A DNA stretch of 64,000 bases from Oscillospiraceae bacterium (GTDB lineage: Bacteria > Bacillota > Clostridia > Oscillospirales > Ruminococcaceae), in NCBI GenBank assembly GCA_017848055.1, contig JAGALZ010000021.1, positions 12-64,011 on the forward strand. The letters run 5' to 3'. The notes beneath the pieces are model-generated. The model worked only from the letters and a program-made list of their open reading frames with translations. It searched no databases and had not been told where the DNA came from. Shown in pieces: positions 55,457-64,000 of the stretch (positions are counted from its first letter, which is position 1; every line of letters starts with the position of its first letter). A program made the position numbers and the translations under genes.

Positions 55457-55687
55457 ATTCGTATGTTGAAAGTGAAAAAAAGTACGAGAAACCGAGGCAA
55501 CCGCAATTGCCGAAACAGTATCGTGAAAACACCGAGCAAAACGGTCTCATATCCGCACCTCTTTCACTTGTCATTCTACTAATATTATTGTATCGTAAAA
55601 CAGATTTTTTTTCAACATATTTTATATAGAATTTATTCTAAAAATCTAAAATCCTATTAGGCATTTTAGACAAAATACAACATCTGT

Positions 55688-55915
55688 CTACATAAAAATA
55701 TCCTTGCCATACGACATATTGATATCTTCAAAGCTTTCGGTATCAATATGTGTGAAATTATATAGTCCGCATTCAGCGGAATAATACTTGTTTATAACGT
55801 CAGACAGCTCTCTGTGTGTAAGCTTGTTAATCCTATTTGAGAATTCATTGCTTGTGCGTAATTCTCTTGAAAAACGATATGGGAATGCCGCACCCTTATG
55901 ATAGCTGTATTTCAT
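55688..55915 (-). CDS. Hypothetical small protein
   Basis: 75 aa from ATG 55915 (GAGGTG 9 nt upstream). No recognisable motif. Confidence 0.4.
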   Translation of the reverse strand: MKYSYHKGAAFPYRFSRELRTSNEFSNRINKLTHRELSDVINKYYSAECGLYNFTHIDTESFEDINMSYGKDIFM

Positions 55916-56040
55916 TGTAGTTTTCACCTCTAACATTATTATTTTTGTTTTTTTCTCTAATATTCAAAAGCTTTATCCGACTTGACATTATCAGCTAAAA
56001 ATATTACAATTAAACTACTAATTCAATAAGAGGTAACGAT

Positions 56041-56901
56041 ATGGATAATCTTACAAATATAAGCGTAATCAAGGAGCTTTTTGAAAAACACGGTTTTTCG
56101 TTTTCGAAAACGCTGGGACAGAATTTTCTTGTAAATCCTTCAGTGTGTCCGAAAATAGCAGAGCTCGGAATGGCAGATTCGGAACACGGAATAATCGAGA
56201 TTGGAACAGGTGTTGGCGTGCTGACAAATGAGCTTGCCAAGAGAGCAAAGAAGGTTGTTGCAATCGAGATTGATGACAGACTGATTCCGATTCTTGATGA
56301 AACGCTCAGTGAATATGACAACGTAAAGATAATAAATGAAGACGTGATGAAGGTAAATCTCCATAAACTAATTGAAGAAGAATTCAAAGATATGAAGGTT
56401 TCCGTCTGTGCAAATCTTCCGTACTATATTACTTCACCGATTATTATGATGCTTCTTGAAGAAAGACTTCCGATTGATACTGTTACGGTTATGGTTCAGA
56501 AAGAGGCAGGAACAAGACTTTGTGCAAAAATTCCGAGCAGGGATATGGGCGCTGTTACGGTTGCAGTAAATTATTTCTCTGAACCGAAAGTGCTTTTTAA
56601 CGTTTCTCGAGGCAGCTTCATGCCATCTCCGAATGTCGATAGCTGTGTTGTTCAGTTTAAACTGAGGGACGAAAACAAATATAACGCAAGTGACGAAAAA
56701 TTCTTTTTCAAGGTAGTGAGAGCTGCGTTTTCGCAGAGAAGAAAAACTCTTACAAATTCGCTTTCGGCTGGATTGTCTGCAGATAAGCAGCATGTAAATT
56801 CAGCTGTAGAAAGGGCAGGACTTGCCCTGACGGTGCGTCCCGAACAGCTTACAATCGAGCAGCTTATGAGGGTTGCAGATGAGCTGAAAAGTAGCATATA
56901 A
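56041..56901 (+). CDS. rsmA: 16S rRNA (adenine1518/1519-N6)-dimethyltransferase
   Basis: LGQNFL, EIGTGVGVLT (SAM motif), NLPYYI. Confidence 0.93.
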   Translation: MDNLTNISVIKELFEKHGFSFSKTLGQNFLVNPSVCPKIAELGMADSEHGIIEIGTGVGVLTNELAKRAKKVVAIEIDDRLIPILDETLSEYDNVKIINEDVMKVNLHKLIEEEFKDMKVSVCANLPYYITSPIIMMLLEERLPIDTVTVMVQKEAGTRLCAKIPSRDMGAVTVAVNYFSEPKVLFNVSRGSFMPSPNVDSCVVQFKLRDENKYNASDEKFFFKVVRAAFSQRRKTLTNSLSAGLSADKQHVNSAVERAGLALTVRPEQLTIEQLMRVADELKSSI

Positions 56902-56906
56902 GTTCA

Positions 56907-56936
56907 AAGCAGCACCAAAATTGGTGCTGTTTTTTC
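56907..56936 (+). terminator. Rho-independent terminator
   Basis: CAGCACCA-loop-TGGTGCTG followed by TTTTTT. Confidence 0.8.
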
Positions 56937-57083
56937 TGTAAAGCCGTTAAGCTTTACAGAGCTTTAACCGAATTAATCTGAAATAAACGAAGCGTATGAA
57001 TCTGTTTGTGCGTTAAAATTCATAATATTTAGCTTCATAATTTCACAAATATTGGAACAGTCTATATATTTGTTGTTTGGTTG

Positions 57084-57112
57084 TTGAAAATAAAAATGCT
57101 TTGTGATATAAT
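57084..57112 (+). promoter_or_regulatory. Promoter of the wall-polymer module
   Basis: TTGAAA (57084-57089), 17 nt, TATAAT (57107-57112) with an extended TG. Confidence 0.6.
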
Positions 57113-57175
57113 ATATAATCGAATGAGTATGTATTTAAATATGTGATATTATAAAATTGTAGGAGACTAAAAAAT

Positions 57176-58327
57176 ATGAAAAAAGCTGTCGTAGTTGGCG
57201 GAAGTAATGGTATAGGTCTCACACTGGCGATGAAGCTGATTGAGGCAAAATATTATGTTGTGATTCTTGACAGAGTAGCTCCGGATAGCGGTTTATTGTC
57301 TGATTGCGATAAGTTCTCATACGAGTATTGTGACCTTCTCGATTATGATGAAATGCTCATTGACAGACTTTCTCAGGATATGGAAATTGAAGCTCTGTTT
57401 ATAACCGCCGGTTTTGGAAGAGTTGCTGATTTTGAGTATCTTCATACCGCAGAAATCCAGAATATGATGCAGGTAAATACTGTTTCGGCAATTAAAATAA
57501 TCAGAAGTTTTTATGACAGAATCAAATCTGAAAATGACTTTTATTGCGGAGTTATGGGCTCTATTGCTGGTTTGATAAGCTCACCTATGTTTTCTGTGTA
57601 TGCAGCTTCCAAGGCTGCAATATGCAGATTTGTTGAGAGCGTAAATGTAGAGCTTGAAGTGTCCGGCACCTCGAACAGAATTTTAAATGTTTCACCCGGT
57701 TCAATCAAGGGAACAAAATTCAACGGCGGTTCTAATGACGTTGAGTCTACAAGCACTCTTGCTACCGAAATTCTCAAGCAGCTGTTTTCAAAGAAAGAGC
57801 TGTTTATCCCTCAGTATGACGAGATTTATAAGGGCGTTATAGACAGATATAATGCTGACCCGCACGAATATGGAGTTCATAGCTATAACTATAAAATCCA
57901 GTCAGGTAGAGCCGTTAATGAAAGACGTGTAAAGATTGGATATCTCTCGGGAACATTTGATTTGTTCCATATCGGACACCTCAATTTGCTTCGTCGTGCA
58001 AAGAAACAGTGCGATTACCTGATTGTCGGTGTTCACCCGGATGCAAGCCATAAGGGTAAGCAGACATTCATCCCGTTTGAAGAGCGAAAGGCAATTGTAT
58101 CTGCTTGCAGATATGTCGACAGAGTTGTTGATTCATGCCCTGAGGACAGCGATGCATGGGACAAGTACCATTATGATAAGCTTTTTGTGGGAAGCGATTA
58201 TAAGGGTACAGAACGCTTTATCAGATATGAAAAGTATTTTGCTGATAAAAACGTCGAGATAGTTTACTTTGACTATACAAAGGGTACAAGCAGTACACAG
58301 ATTAGAAATAGTATTTCTGAGAAATAA
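57176..58327 (+). CDS. Bifunctional SDR reductase / TagD-like cytidylyltransferase fusion (putative CDP-alditol synthase)
   Basis: N-terminal SDR (VVVGGSNGIGL, YAASKAA). C-terminal ~135 aa with GTFDLFHIGHLNLLRRAK (HxGH), RYVDRVV and GTSSTQIR, as in glycerol-3-phosphate cytidylyltransferase. Confidence 0.75.
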   Translation: MKKAVVVGGSNGIGLTLAMKLIEAKYYVVILDRVAPDSGLLSDCDKFSYEYCDLLDYDEMLIDRLSQDMEIEALFITAGFGRVADFEYLHTAEIQNMMQVNTVSAIKIIRSFYDRIKSENDFYCGVMGSIAGLISSPMFSVYAASKAAICRFVESVNVELEVSGTSNRILNVSPGSIKGTKFNGGSNDVESTSTLATEILKQLFSKKELFIPQYDEIYKGVIDRYNADPHEYGVHSYNYKIQSGRAVNERRVKIGYLSGTFDLFHIGHLNLLRRAKKQCDYLIVGVHPDASHKGKQTFIPFEERKAIVSACRYVDRVVDSCPEDSDAWDKYHYDKLFVGSDYKGTERFIRYEKYFADKNVEIVYFDYTKGTSSTQIRNSISEK

Positions 58328-58350
58328 AAAAAGAAAAGGAGAATGTTGAC

Positions 58351-61344
58351 GTGATACTTCAAAAGTTATTGTTTCCAAAGACGGATGTTTGTTCAGTACC
58401 ACAGATGTTTTACAAGGGAAACCAGATAACAGTCATCTCTGATGAGGAATGTTGTATGGTACAAGCAGGCTCGAGTGTTACAACCGATACGTATTTCAAC
58501 AGTTTTTCAATTGAAAAATGGACTAAGTATACAATTTTAGATAACCTTAGCATCAGCCTTTCACTTAAGGGTGAATTTGTTATAACCGTGCATCAGGCTC
58601 ATAAGATGCATAATAAGGTAAAATCTACAATCGTTGCTGAAAAGTATTTCAAATCTGATGAAGCAACTGATTGTGTTATCGATGTTCCTCTCAAGGAGAA
58701 AAGGGGAATATTGTATGTAACCGCAAAGGCCTTGAATGCTGACTCTTGCCTCTACGGCGGTGCGTATGTGACAGATGTCGATGAATCAAGACTCCAGGAT
58801 GTTAAGATTGCTATCGGTATCTGTACCTTCAGAAGAGAGATTTATGTTGAAAACAATATGAATGTCCTCAGAAAAAATATTCTTGAAAATCCTCATAGTC
58901 CGATGTTCGGCAAGCTAGAGATTTTCATCAGCGACAACAGCAAGTCGCTCAAGCCTTCGATTGCTACTGATACAATTCATATCTTCCCGAACAGAAACCT
59001 CGGTGGCTCGGGTGGATTTACACGTTCTATGATTGAAGCCAAAAAGGCAAGTGCAACCAAGAATTTTACACATATTCTCATGATGGATGATGATATCCGA
59101 CTCAATCCGGATTCGCTTATCAGAACATATACCATGCTCAGATTGCTAAAGCCTGAGCACAGAGATGCTTTTATCGGCGGACATATGCTCAAGATTGACG
59201 CTCAGTCTACTCAGAGTGAGGCTGCTGACCACTGGAATATTGTTACACATCATCCAGTTAAGTACAATTATAATCTTGAAAACACTGAATTTATTATTAA
59301 AAATGATATTGAAGAATCTGTAAACTATTTTGGTTGGTGGTATTGCTGTATGCCGATGGATGTTATTACAGACAATAATCTCCCTCTTCCAATCTTTATT
59401 AAACGTGACGATATCGAGTACGGACTGAGAAACGGTACAAAGTTTATTACACTCAACGGTATTTGTGTTTGGCATGAGCCTTTTGAGTATAAGAGTGCAT
59501 CTTATCTTGAGTATTATTACTTCAGAAATATGTGCATCATGAACTCAAGACACAGACTCAGCTTTGATGCAGACAGACTTATCGCTGAAGTTAAAAAACG
59601 TATTCTGGGATTCCTGCTTCGCTACAGATATAAGGACGCAGAACTCAGCCTATTGGGTGTTCAGCACTACCTGCTTGGTATCGACTGGCTCAAGGCTCAG
59701 GACGGCGAGCGTCTTAACGGCGAAATTATGAAGCTTGGCTATAAGAAGGAGCCGCTCGAAAACCTCGATTTCGTCTTTATTCACGGCGTTTACGAGGGCA
59801 ACATCAACCCGATGAAGCTCAACAGAAAGCAGAAGATTATAAGAAAGCTTACTCTCAACGGTTTGCTACTTCCTGCAAATAAGAGCGTTGTAGTTCCTGC
59901 TTATCAGCCTTCTTTCCACTATTTCTATCGTGCAGGAAAGGTTCTCAACTACGAAGAAGCTTCCAATACAGGCTTTATCACAAATCGTGATAAGACAGCT
60001 ATGCGCCGTATCTGGAAAATGTACCGCAAGACTGTAAAGCTTATAAAGAAGAACTTCAAGAGAGTTACAAATGAGTATCGTGACAGATATGATGAGCTTA
60101 TTAACATCAAGTTCTGGAACGACTACCTCTTTAATCCGGGCGATGTTCCTGAGATAAAGTCGGTGCTTGAAAATAACAAGCGTCCTAAGAATACAAAAGC
60201 TCAGAAAAAGGAGCTGAGAACTGCCCGATTTCTGAAATTCGTACAAGCACTGTTATTCTTACTGCCCGTCAAGAAAAAGCGTGTAATGGTGTATATCCAC
60301 GACCGTAAGGGCTTTACATGTAATCCTAAATATATTGTTAAAAAGCTTGTTGAGCTTTATGGAAAGAAGCTCGAGATTATCTGGGCAACAATGCACCCCG
60401 AAACCTGCCAGGAAATTAAAGACCTCGGCGTAAAGGTTGTCAAGAGCAACACAGCCGAGCAGTTCAAGCTCTATCTGCGTACAAAGTTCTTTATCACAAA
60501 CGATGCGTTCCCATCATGGGCAATGAAGCGTCCTATGCAGAAATGGCTCAATACATGGCACGCAGGTATGAACTATAAACATATCGGCTATGATTACCTC
60601 GCTCCTCAGAGCCCGATTGCCGCAAAGCTTTTCCGTATAAAGAATAAGCAGCCGAATTTCTATCTCTCCGGCAGTGGATTCTTTACCGAGGACACTTCAA
60701 AGTCCTTCAGACTCAATAAGAAGGTCTTCGTTAATACCGGACTTCCGAGAAACGACGTGTTCTTTGAAGACCCTGCACCGATTGATGCTAAGGTAAGAGA
60801 GTTCTACGGAATCGATAAGGATAAGCACCTTGCTGTATTTGCTCCGACCTTCAGACGTGGTATGAAGTCAAATACCTACGGTATGGATTTCTACCAGCTC
60901 CGTGAAGCCCTTGAGAAGCGTTTCGGCGGTGAGTGGGTGATTCTTTTCAGAAACCATAATTTTGTCAAGGGTAAGCAGAGCTATCCGGGTGCAATCGATG
61001 TTTCCGCTTACCATGATATGCAGGAGCTTATGGTAGCTTCTGATGTGCTGATAAGTGACTATTCATCTTGTCTGTATGATTTCTGTATGACTCAGAAGCC
61101 TGCATTTGTGTATGCAACCGACCTTGACAGCTATATGAATAACGACAGGTCGTTCGCTTATCCGTTTGAGAAGTGGCCGTTCCCGGTTGCCAAGAACAAT
61201 AATGAGCTTGTTGCAAGAATTGCAGATTTTGATGAATCTGATTACAAGGCAAAGGTTAAAGCTCATCTTGATGATGCCAAGGCATACGATAACGGTACAG
61301 CATCTGAACAGGTAGCAAAGATTATCGCTAAATATTGTCTTTAA
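58351..61344 (+). CDS. Fusion of GlfT2-like GT2 glycosyltransferase and TagB/TagF-type CDP-glycerol glycerophosphotransferase
   Basis: GTG start 8 nt after AAAGGAGAA. N-terminal half has TDTYFNSFSIEKWTKYT, GICTFRRE and MMDDDI (DxD). C-terminal half has LNTWHAGMNYKHIG, APTFRR and VLISDYSSCLYDF, typical of the TagF family. Confidence 0.75.
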   Translation: MILQKLLFPKTDVCSVPQMFYKGNQITVISDEECCMVQAGSSVTTDTYFNSFSIEKWTKYTILDNLSISLSLKGEFVITVHQAHKMHNKVKSTIVAEKYFKSDEATDCVIDVPLKEKRGILYVTAKALNADSCLYGGAYVTDVDESRLQDVKIAIGICTFRREIYVENNMNVLRKNILENPHSPMFGKLEIFISDNSKSLKPSIATDTIHIFPNRNLGGSGGFTRSMIEAKKASATKNFTHILMMDDDIRLNPDSLIRTYTMLRLLKPEHRDAFIGGHMLKIDAQSTQSEAADHWNIVTHHPVKYNYNLENTEFIIKNDIEESVNYFGWWYCCMPMDVITDNNLPLPIFIKRDDIEYGLRNGTKFITLNGICVWHEPFEYKSASYLEYYYFRNMCIMNSRHRLSFDADRLIAEVKKRILGFLLRYRYKDAELSLLGVQHYLLGIDWLKAQDGERLNGEIMKLGYKKEPLENLDFVFIHGVYEGNINPMKLNRKQKIIRKLTLNGLLLPANKSVVVPAYQPSFHYFYRAGKVLNYEEASNTGFITNRDKTAMRRIWKMYRKTVKLIKKNFKRVTNEYRDRYDELINIKFWNDYLFNPGDVPEIKSVLENNKRPKNTKAQKKELRTARFLKFVQALLFLLPVKKKRVMVYIHDRKGFTCNPKYIVKKLVELYGKKLEIIWATMHPETCQEIKDLGVKVVKSNTAEQFKLYLRTKFFITNDAFPSWAMKRPMQKWLNTWHAGMNYKHIGYDYLAPQSPIAAKLFRIKNKQPNFYLSGSGFFTEDTSKSFRLNKKVFVNTGLPRNDVFFEDPAPIDAKVREFYGIDKDKHLAVFAPTFRRGMKSNTYGMDFYQLREALEKRFGGEWVILFRNHNFVKGKQSYPGAIDVSAYHDMQELMVASDVLISDYSSCLYDFCMTQKPAFVYATDLDSYMNNDRSFAYPFEKWPFPVAKNNNELVARIADFDESDYKAKVKAHLDDAKAYDNGTASEQVAKIIAKYCL

Positions 61345-61357
61345 TTAAGTATAACTG

Positions 61358-61391
61358 ACAACCATCGAGTTTTTCGATGGTTGTTTTTTTA
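61358..61391 (+). terminator. Rho-independent terminator
   Basis: ACAACCATCGA-loop-TCGATGGTTGT followed by TTTTTTT. Confidence 0.85.
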
Positions 61392-61468
61392 CAGTAGATT
61401 GATAGTATTGAATTTGAGCGTCAGTTGTGATAGAATTTAAATATACTTGAAAATGAAAGGAGCGTATT

Positions 61469-62971
61469 ATGGAAAATAAATATCTGTGCATAGATTTAAA
61501 ATCATTTTACGCTTCTGTTGAGTGTATAGAGCGTGGACTTGACCCTATGACAACAAATCTTGTTGTTGCTGATATAAGCCGTACCGAGAAAACCATATGC
61601 CTTGCTGTAACTCCGTCCTTGAAATCTTATGGCATACCCGGAAGAGCTAGACTTTTTGAGGTCGTTCAGAAAGTGAAGGAAGTAAATGCCCATCGGCTGT
61701 CTAAATCACACAAGAGAGAATTTAGTGGCAAATCTTCTGATAATACACAGCTTTTAAAGGATTCTTCTCTTATGCTCGATTATATCGTCGCACCGCCGAG
61801 GATGGCTTATTATATGGAGTATAGCACCCGAATCTATAACGTTTATCTCAAATATGTAGCACCAGAAGATATCCACGTATATTCGATTGATGAGGTGTTT
61901 ATTGACATTACTCAGTACCTTAAGGCTGCGAAAATGTCCGCACACGACTTTGCAAGAATGCTTGTAAGGGATGTTCTAGCCACAACAGGAATTACAGCAA
62001 CCGCAGGGATAGGCACAAATATGTATCTTGCAAAAATTGCGATGGATATTACCGCTAAGCATATAGAACCCGACAAGGACGGTGTCCGAATTGCAGAGCT
62101 TGATGAGATGAGTTATCGCACCAAGCTTTGGTCACACCGTCCGCTTACTGATTTCTGGCGTGTCGGAAAAGGGTATGCAACAAAGCTTGAGGCAAAAGGT
62201 ATCTACACAATGGGAGATATAGCAAGATGCTCTGTGTATAATGAGGATTTCCTGTATAGATTATTCGGTGTAAATGCTGAGCTGCTTATAGACCATGCGT
62301 GGGGCTGGGAGCCTTGTACTATTGCCGAGGTCAAAGCATATAAACCCAGAACTAACAGCCTAAGCTCGGGTCAGGTGCTGCAGCATCCTTATGAATTTGA
62401 GAAGGCAAAACTTGTAACCCGTGAAATGACAGAACAGCTTGTCCTGGATATCGTGGACAAAAAGCTTATGACAAATCAGCTTGTGCTGACCGTCGGCTAC
62501 GATATTGAAAACCTTAAAAGCCAGAATTTAGAGGATAGCTATAAGGGCGAGATAACTGTAGACCGTTATGGCAGAAAAATTCCTAAGCATGCCCACGGTA
62601 CTGCAAATCTTGAAAGCTACTCATCTTCAACAAAGCTTATAGCCGAGGCTGTTATGAGCCTTTTTGAGCGTATTGTCGACAAAAAGCTTCTTGTAAGAAG
62701 AATAACACTTGCCGCCTGCAGGCTGATTTCCGAAGACGATGTGCCATCTGATGATTCAGCAAGACAGCTCGACTTTTTTACTGACTATGAAGCAGTTGAA
62801 CGTGAGCAGAATGAGCAAAAGCAGGCTCTTGAAAAGGAAAGGAAAATGCAGAAAGCAATGCTTGATATAAAAAAGAAATTCGGAAAGAACGCTATACTAA
62901 AGGGCATGAATTTTGAAGAAGGCGCCACAGCCAAAGAACGCAACGCACAGATTGGCGGTCACAAGGCGTGA
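61469..62971 (+). CDS. Y-family DNA polymerase (UvrX/YqjW/UmuC-like)
   Basis: CIDLKSFYASVEC, SIDEVFID catalytic acidic motifs, and a long C-terminal extension. RBS AAAGGAG. Confidence 0.85.
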   Translation: MENKYLCIDLKSFYASVECIERGLDPMTTNLVVADISRTEKTICLAVTPSLKSYGIPGRARLFEVVQKVKEVNAHRLSKSHKREFSGKSSDNTQLLKDSSLMLDYIVAPPRMAYYMEYSTRIYNVYLKYVAPEDIHVYSIDEVFIDITQYLKAAKMSAHDFARMLVRDVLATTGITATAGIGTNMYLAKIAMDITAKHIEPDKDGVRIAELDEMSYRTKLWSHRPLTDFWRVGKGYATKLEAKGIYTMGDIARCSVYNEDFLYRLFGVNAELLIDHAWGWEPCTIAEVKAYKPRTNSLSSGQVLQHPYEFEKAKLVTREMTEQLVLDIVDKKLMTNQLVLTVGYDIENLKSQNLEDSYKGEITVDRYGRKIPKHAHGTANLESYSSSTKLIAEAVMSLFERIVDKKLLVRRITLAACRLISEDDVPSDDSARQLDFFTDYEAVEREQNEQKQALEKERKMQKAMLDIKKKFGKNAILKGMNFEEGATAKERNAQIGGHKA

Positions 62972-63016
62972 AATGCTTGATGTTTTAATATGAGAATTAT
63001 TCAACGGAGGTGCAAG

Positions 63017-63448
63017 GTGGTAAATAACGAAGAGAAGTATTCAGATATATTCAATATGCCTCATCACGTTTCTCAAAAGCATCCGCAGATGAGCCGGCTT
63101 GACCGTGCGGCACAGTTTGCTCCTTTTGCAGCTCTTACGGGTCATGATGATGCAATAAAGGAAACTGCACGTCTTACTGACGAAAATGTAGAGCTTGACG
63201 AAAGTGCAAAACTTGTGATTAACGAAAAATTACGCTTTGTACTCGAGCTTGCTGATAAGTCGTGTGTAGTTTCGGTAACCTATTTTGTTCCCGATAAGGT
63301 CAAGCAAGGTGGTAAATTTATCACTAAAACGGGTACTCTCAGCAGATATGATGAATACGGGCATAAGCTCATATTTGACGATAAATCTGAGATTGGGGTT
63401 GACAGTATCACCGATATAAGCGGTAGTATTATCGATGATATGTTTTGA
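63017..63448 (+). CDS. YolD-like protein (UmuD-analogue partner of Firmicute Y-family polymerases)
   Basis: SRLDRAAQFAPFAALTGH motif. GTG 63017 lies 6 nt after GGAGG (ORF open from 62990). Confidence 0.7.
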   Translation: MVNNEEKYSDIFNMPHHVSQKHPQMSRLDRAAQFAPFAALTGHDDAIKETARLTDENVELDESAKLVINEKLRFVLELADKSCVVSVTYFVPDKVKQGGKFITKTGTLSRYDEYGHKLIFDDKSEIGVDSITDISGSIIDDMF

Positions 63449-63485
63449 TTGTCCATTGAAAAATAAAGTTTAGGAGTGATAATAT

Positions 63486-64000
63486 ATGAGTATGTATTCA
63501 AAAGAAATCGCACAGATTGCACTCGGAAAAAGTAAAGCACCTTTAGTGTTTAAAAATGCAAAGGTCGTTCAGGTGTTTACAAACGAGATTATTTCAGCAG
63601 ATATAGCCGTCTGTGATGGTATGATTGTCGGTGTCGGTGACTATGAAGGCGTGCGAGAAGTTGATTTGAACGGAAAATATGTTTGCCCCGGATTTATTGA
63701 TTCACATCTTCATCTGGAGTCAACCCTCGTCAATCCGGCTGAGCTTATATTGCAAGCAGGTCTTAAGGGAACAACTACATTTATTGTCGACCCTCACGAA
63801 GCGGCAAATGTTTCTGGAACAGCAGGAATAGACTATATCCTGAATGAGACAGAAAACTCGCATGCTAATGTGTATGTAATGCTCCCGTCTTGCGTACCAG
63901 CAGGCCCTTTTGAGGATAATGGTTTTTCTCTTGGGGTTTCGGATATGAGGACTTATACTGATAATCCACGTGTACTCGGACTCGGGGAAGTAATGGACTG
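63486..64000 (+). CDS. ade: Adenine deaminase, 5' partial (runs off the window)
   Basis: Own translation: [31 protein letters not shown]...[16 protein letters not shown]...FIVDPHE. RBS TAGGAG. No stop before the window end. Confidence 0.85.
   Translation, partial: MSMYSKEIAQIALGKSKAPLVFKNAKVVQVFTNEIISADIAVCDGMIVGVGDYEGVREVDLNGKYVCPGFIDSHLHLESTLVNPAELILQAGLKGTTTFIVDPHEAANVSGTAGIDYILNETENSHANVYVMLPSCVPAGPFEDNGFSLGVSDMRTYTDNPRVLGLGEVMD

Noticed and set aside
55460-55580. Guanine/adenine (purine) riboswitch upstream of purE.
   Set aside because: GGAUAUGAG and GGUUUCUCG fragments are present. However, the conserved J1/2 UAUAAU, the J2/3 and P3 CCGUAAA elements, and their order and spacing are absent. 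The ZTP core CCGCCUGGGC is also absent. The region is reported as an unassigned attenuator instead.
1-64000. CRISPR arrays, tRNA or rRNA genes, prophage or defence-island gene content.
   Set aside because: No regularly spaced repeats, no cloverleaf-like tRNA segments, no rRNA signatures and no phage or defence hallmark proteins were seen. Apart from rnpB and one IS, the window is chromosomal backbone.

Overview
The window reads as low-GC Firmicutes (Clostridia-like) chromosomal DNA. An alpha/beta SASP gene points to a spore-former, and GH9 and GH51 genes point to plant-fibre degradation. Coding density is high and most genes are housekeeping.

Genes from left to right:
- 0.3-6.6 kb: a LysA-like decarboxylase, a Cof-type HAD phosphatase, a Cache/PAS GGDEF cyclase, a GDPD and a PrsA-like lipoprotein.
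- 6.6-7.8 kb: a 1.2-kb IS element.
- 7.9-16.3 kb: a CapD-like sugar dehydratase, an ECF sigma/anti-sigma pair, and a cytoplasmic GH9 with a MATE pump and an AraC regulator.
- 16.3-23.9 kb: a SASP, a VanY-like peptidase, Mrp/ApbC, a large BcrAD-type activase with a dehydratase-like partner, and RNase P RNA (type A).
- 23.9-32.5 kb: pepV, tyrA, a PPi-type phosphofructokinase, a CDF transporter, and feoA-feoB with a Cys-rich peptide followed by DUF2325 and DUF3793 genes.
- 32.5-39.0 kb: an RR/ABC/HK module, a GH51 arabinofuranosidase and fucO.
- 39.1-48.9 kb: a marR-adh-aldh-degV operon, two GNATs, a second degV, an 856-aa translational GTPase fused to an NYN nuclease domain, and an SDR.
- 49.1-55.4 kb: a purE-M-N-(IMP cyclohydrolase)-purH-lipoprotein-purD operon.
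- 55.7-64.0 kb: rsmA, a two-gene wall-polymer module built from fusion proteins, a Y-family polymerase with a YolD-like partner, and the 5' part of adenine deaminase.

The most interesting item is the TetM/EF-G-like GTPase carrying a C-terminal Rae1/YacP-type NYN endoribonuclease domain (45546-48116). It suggests a GTPase-delivered ribosomal A-site nuclease.

Secondary items:
- An 8-4-8 palindromic operator shared by the feo operon and the downstream DUF2325/DUF3793 genes.
- An IS element flanked by an unusually long 25-bp direct duplication.
- Tandem MarR operators embedded in a consensus promoter.
- An unassigned attenuator leader in front of purE.
- A CDP-alditol/TagF-like module made of two fusion proteins.

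All family assignments come from motif recognition by eye. No database search was run.
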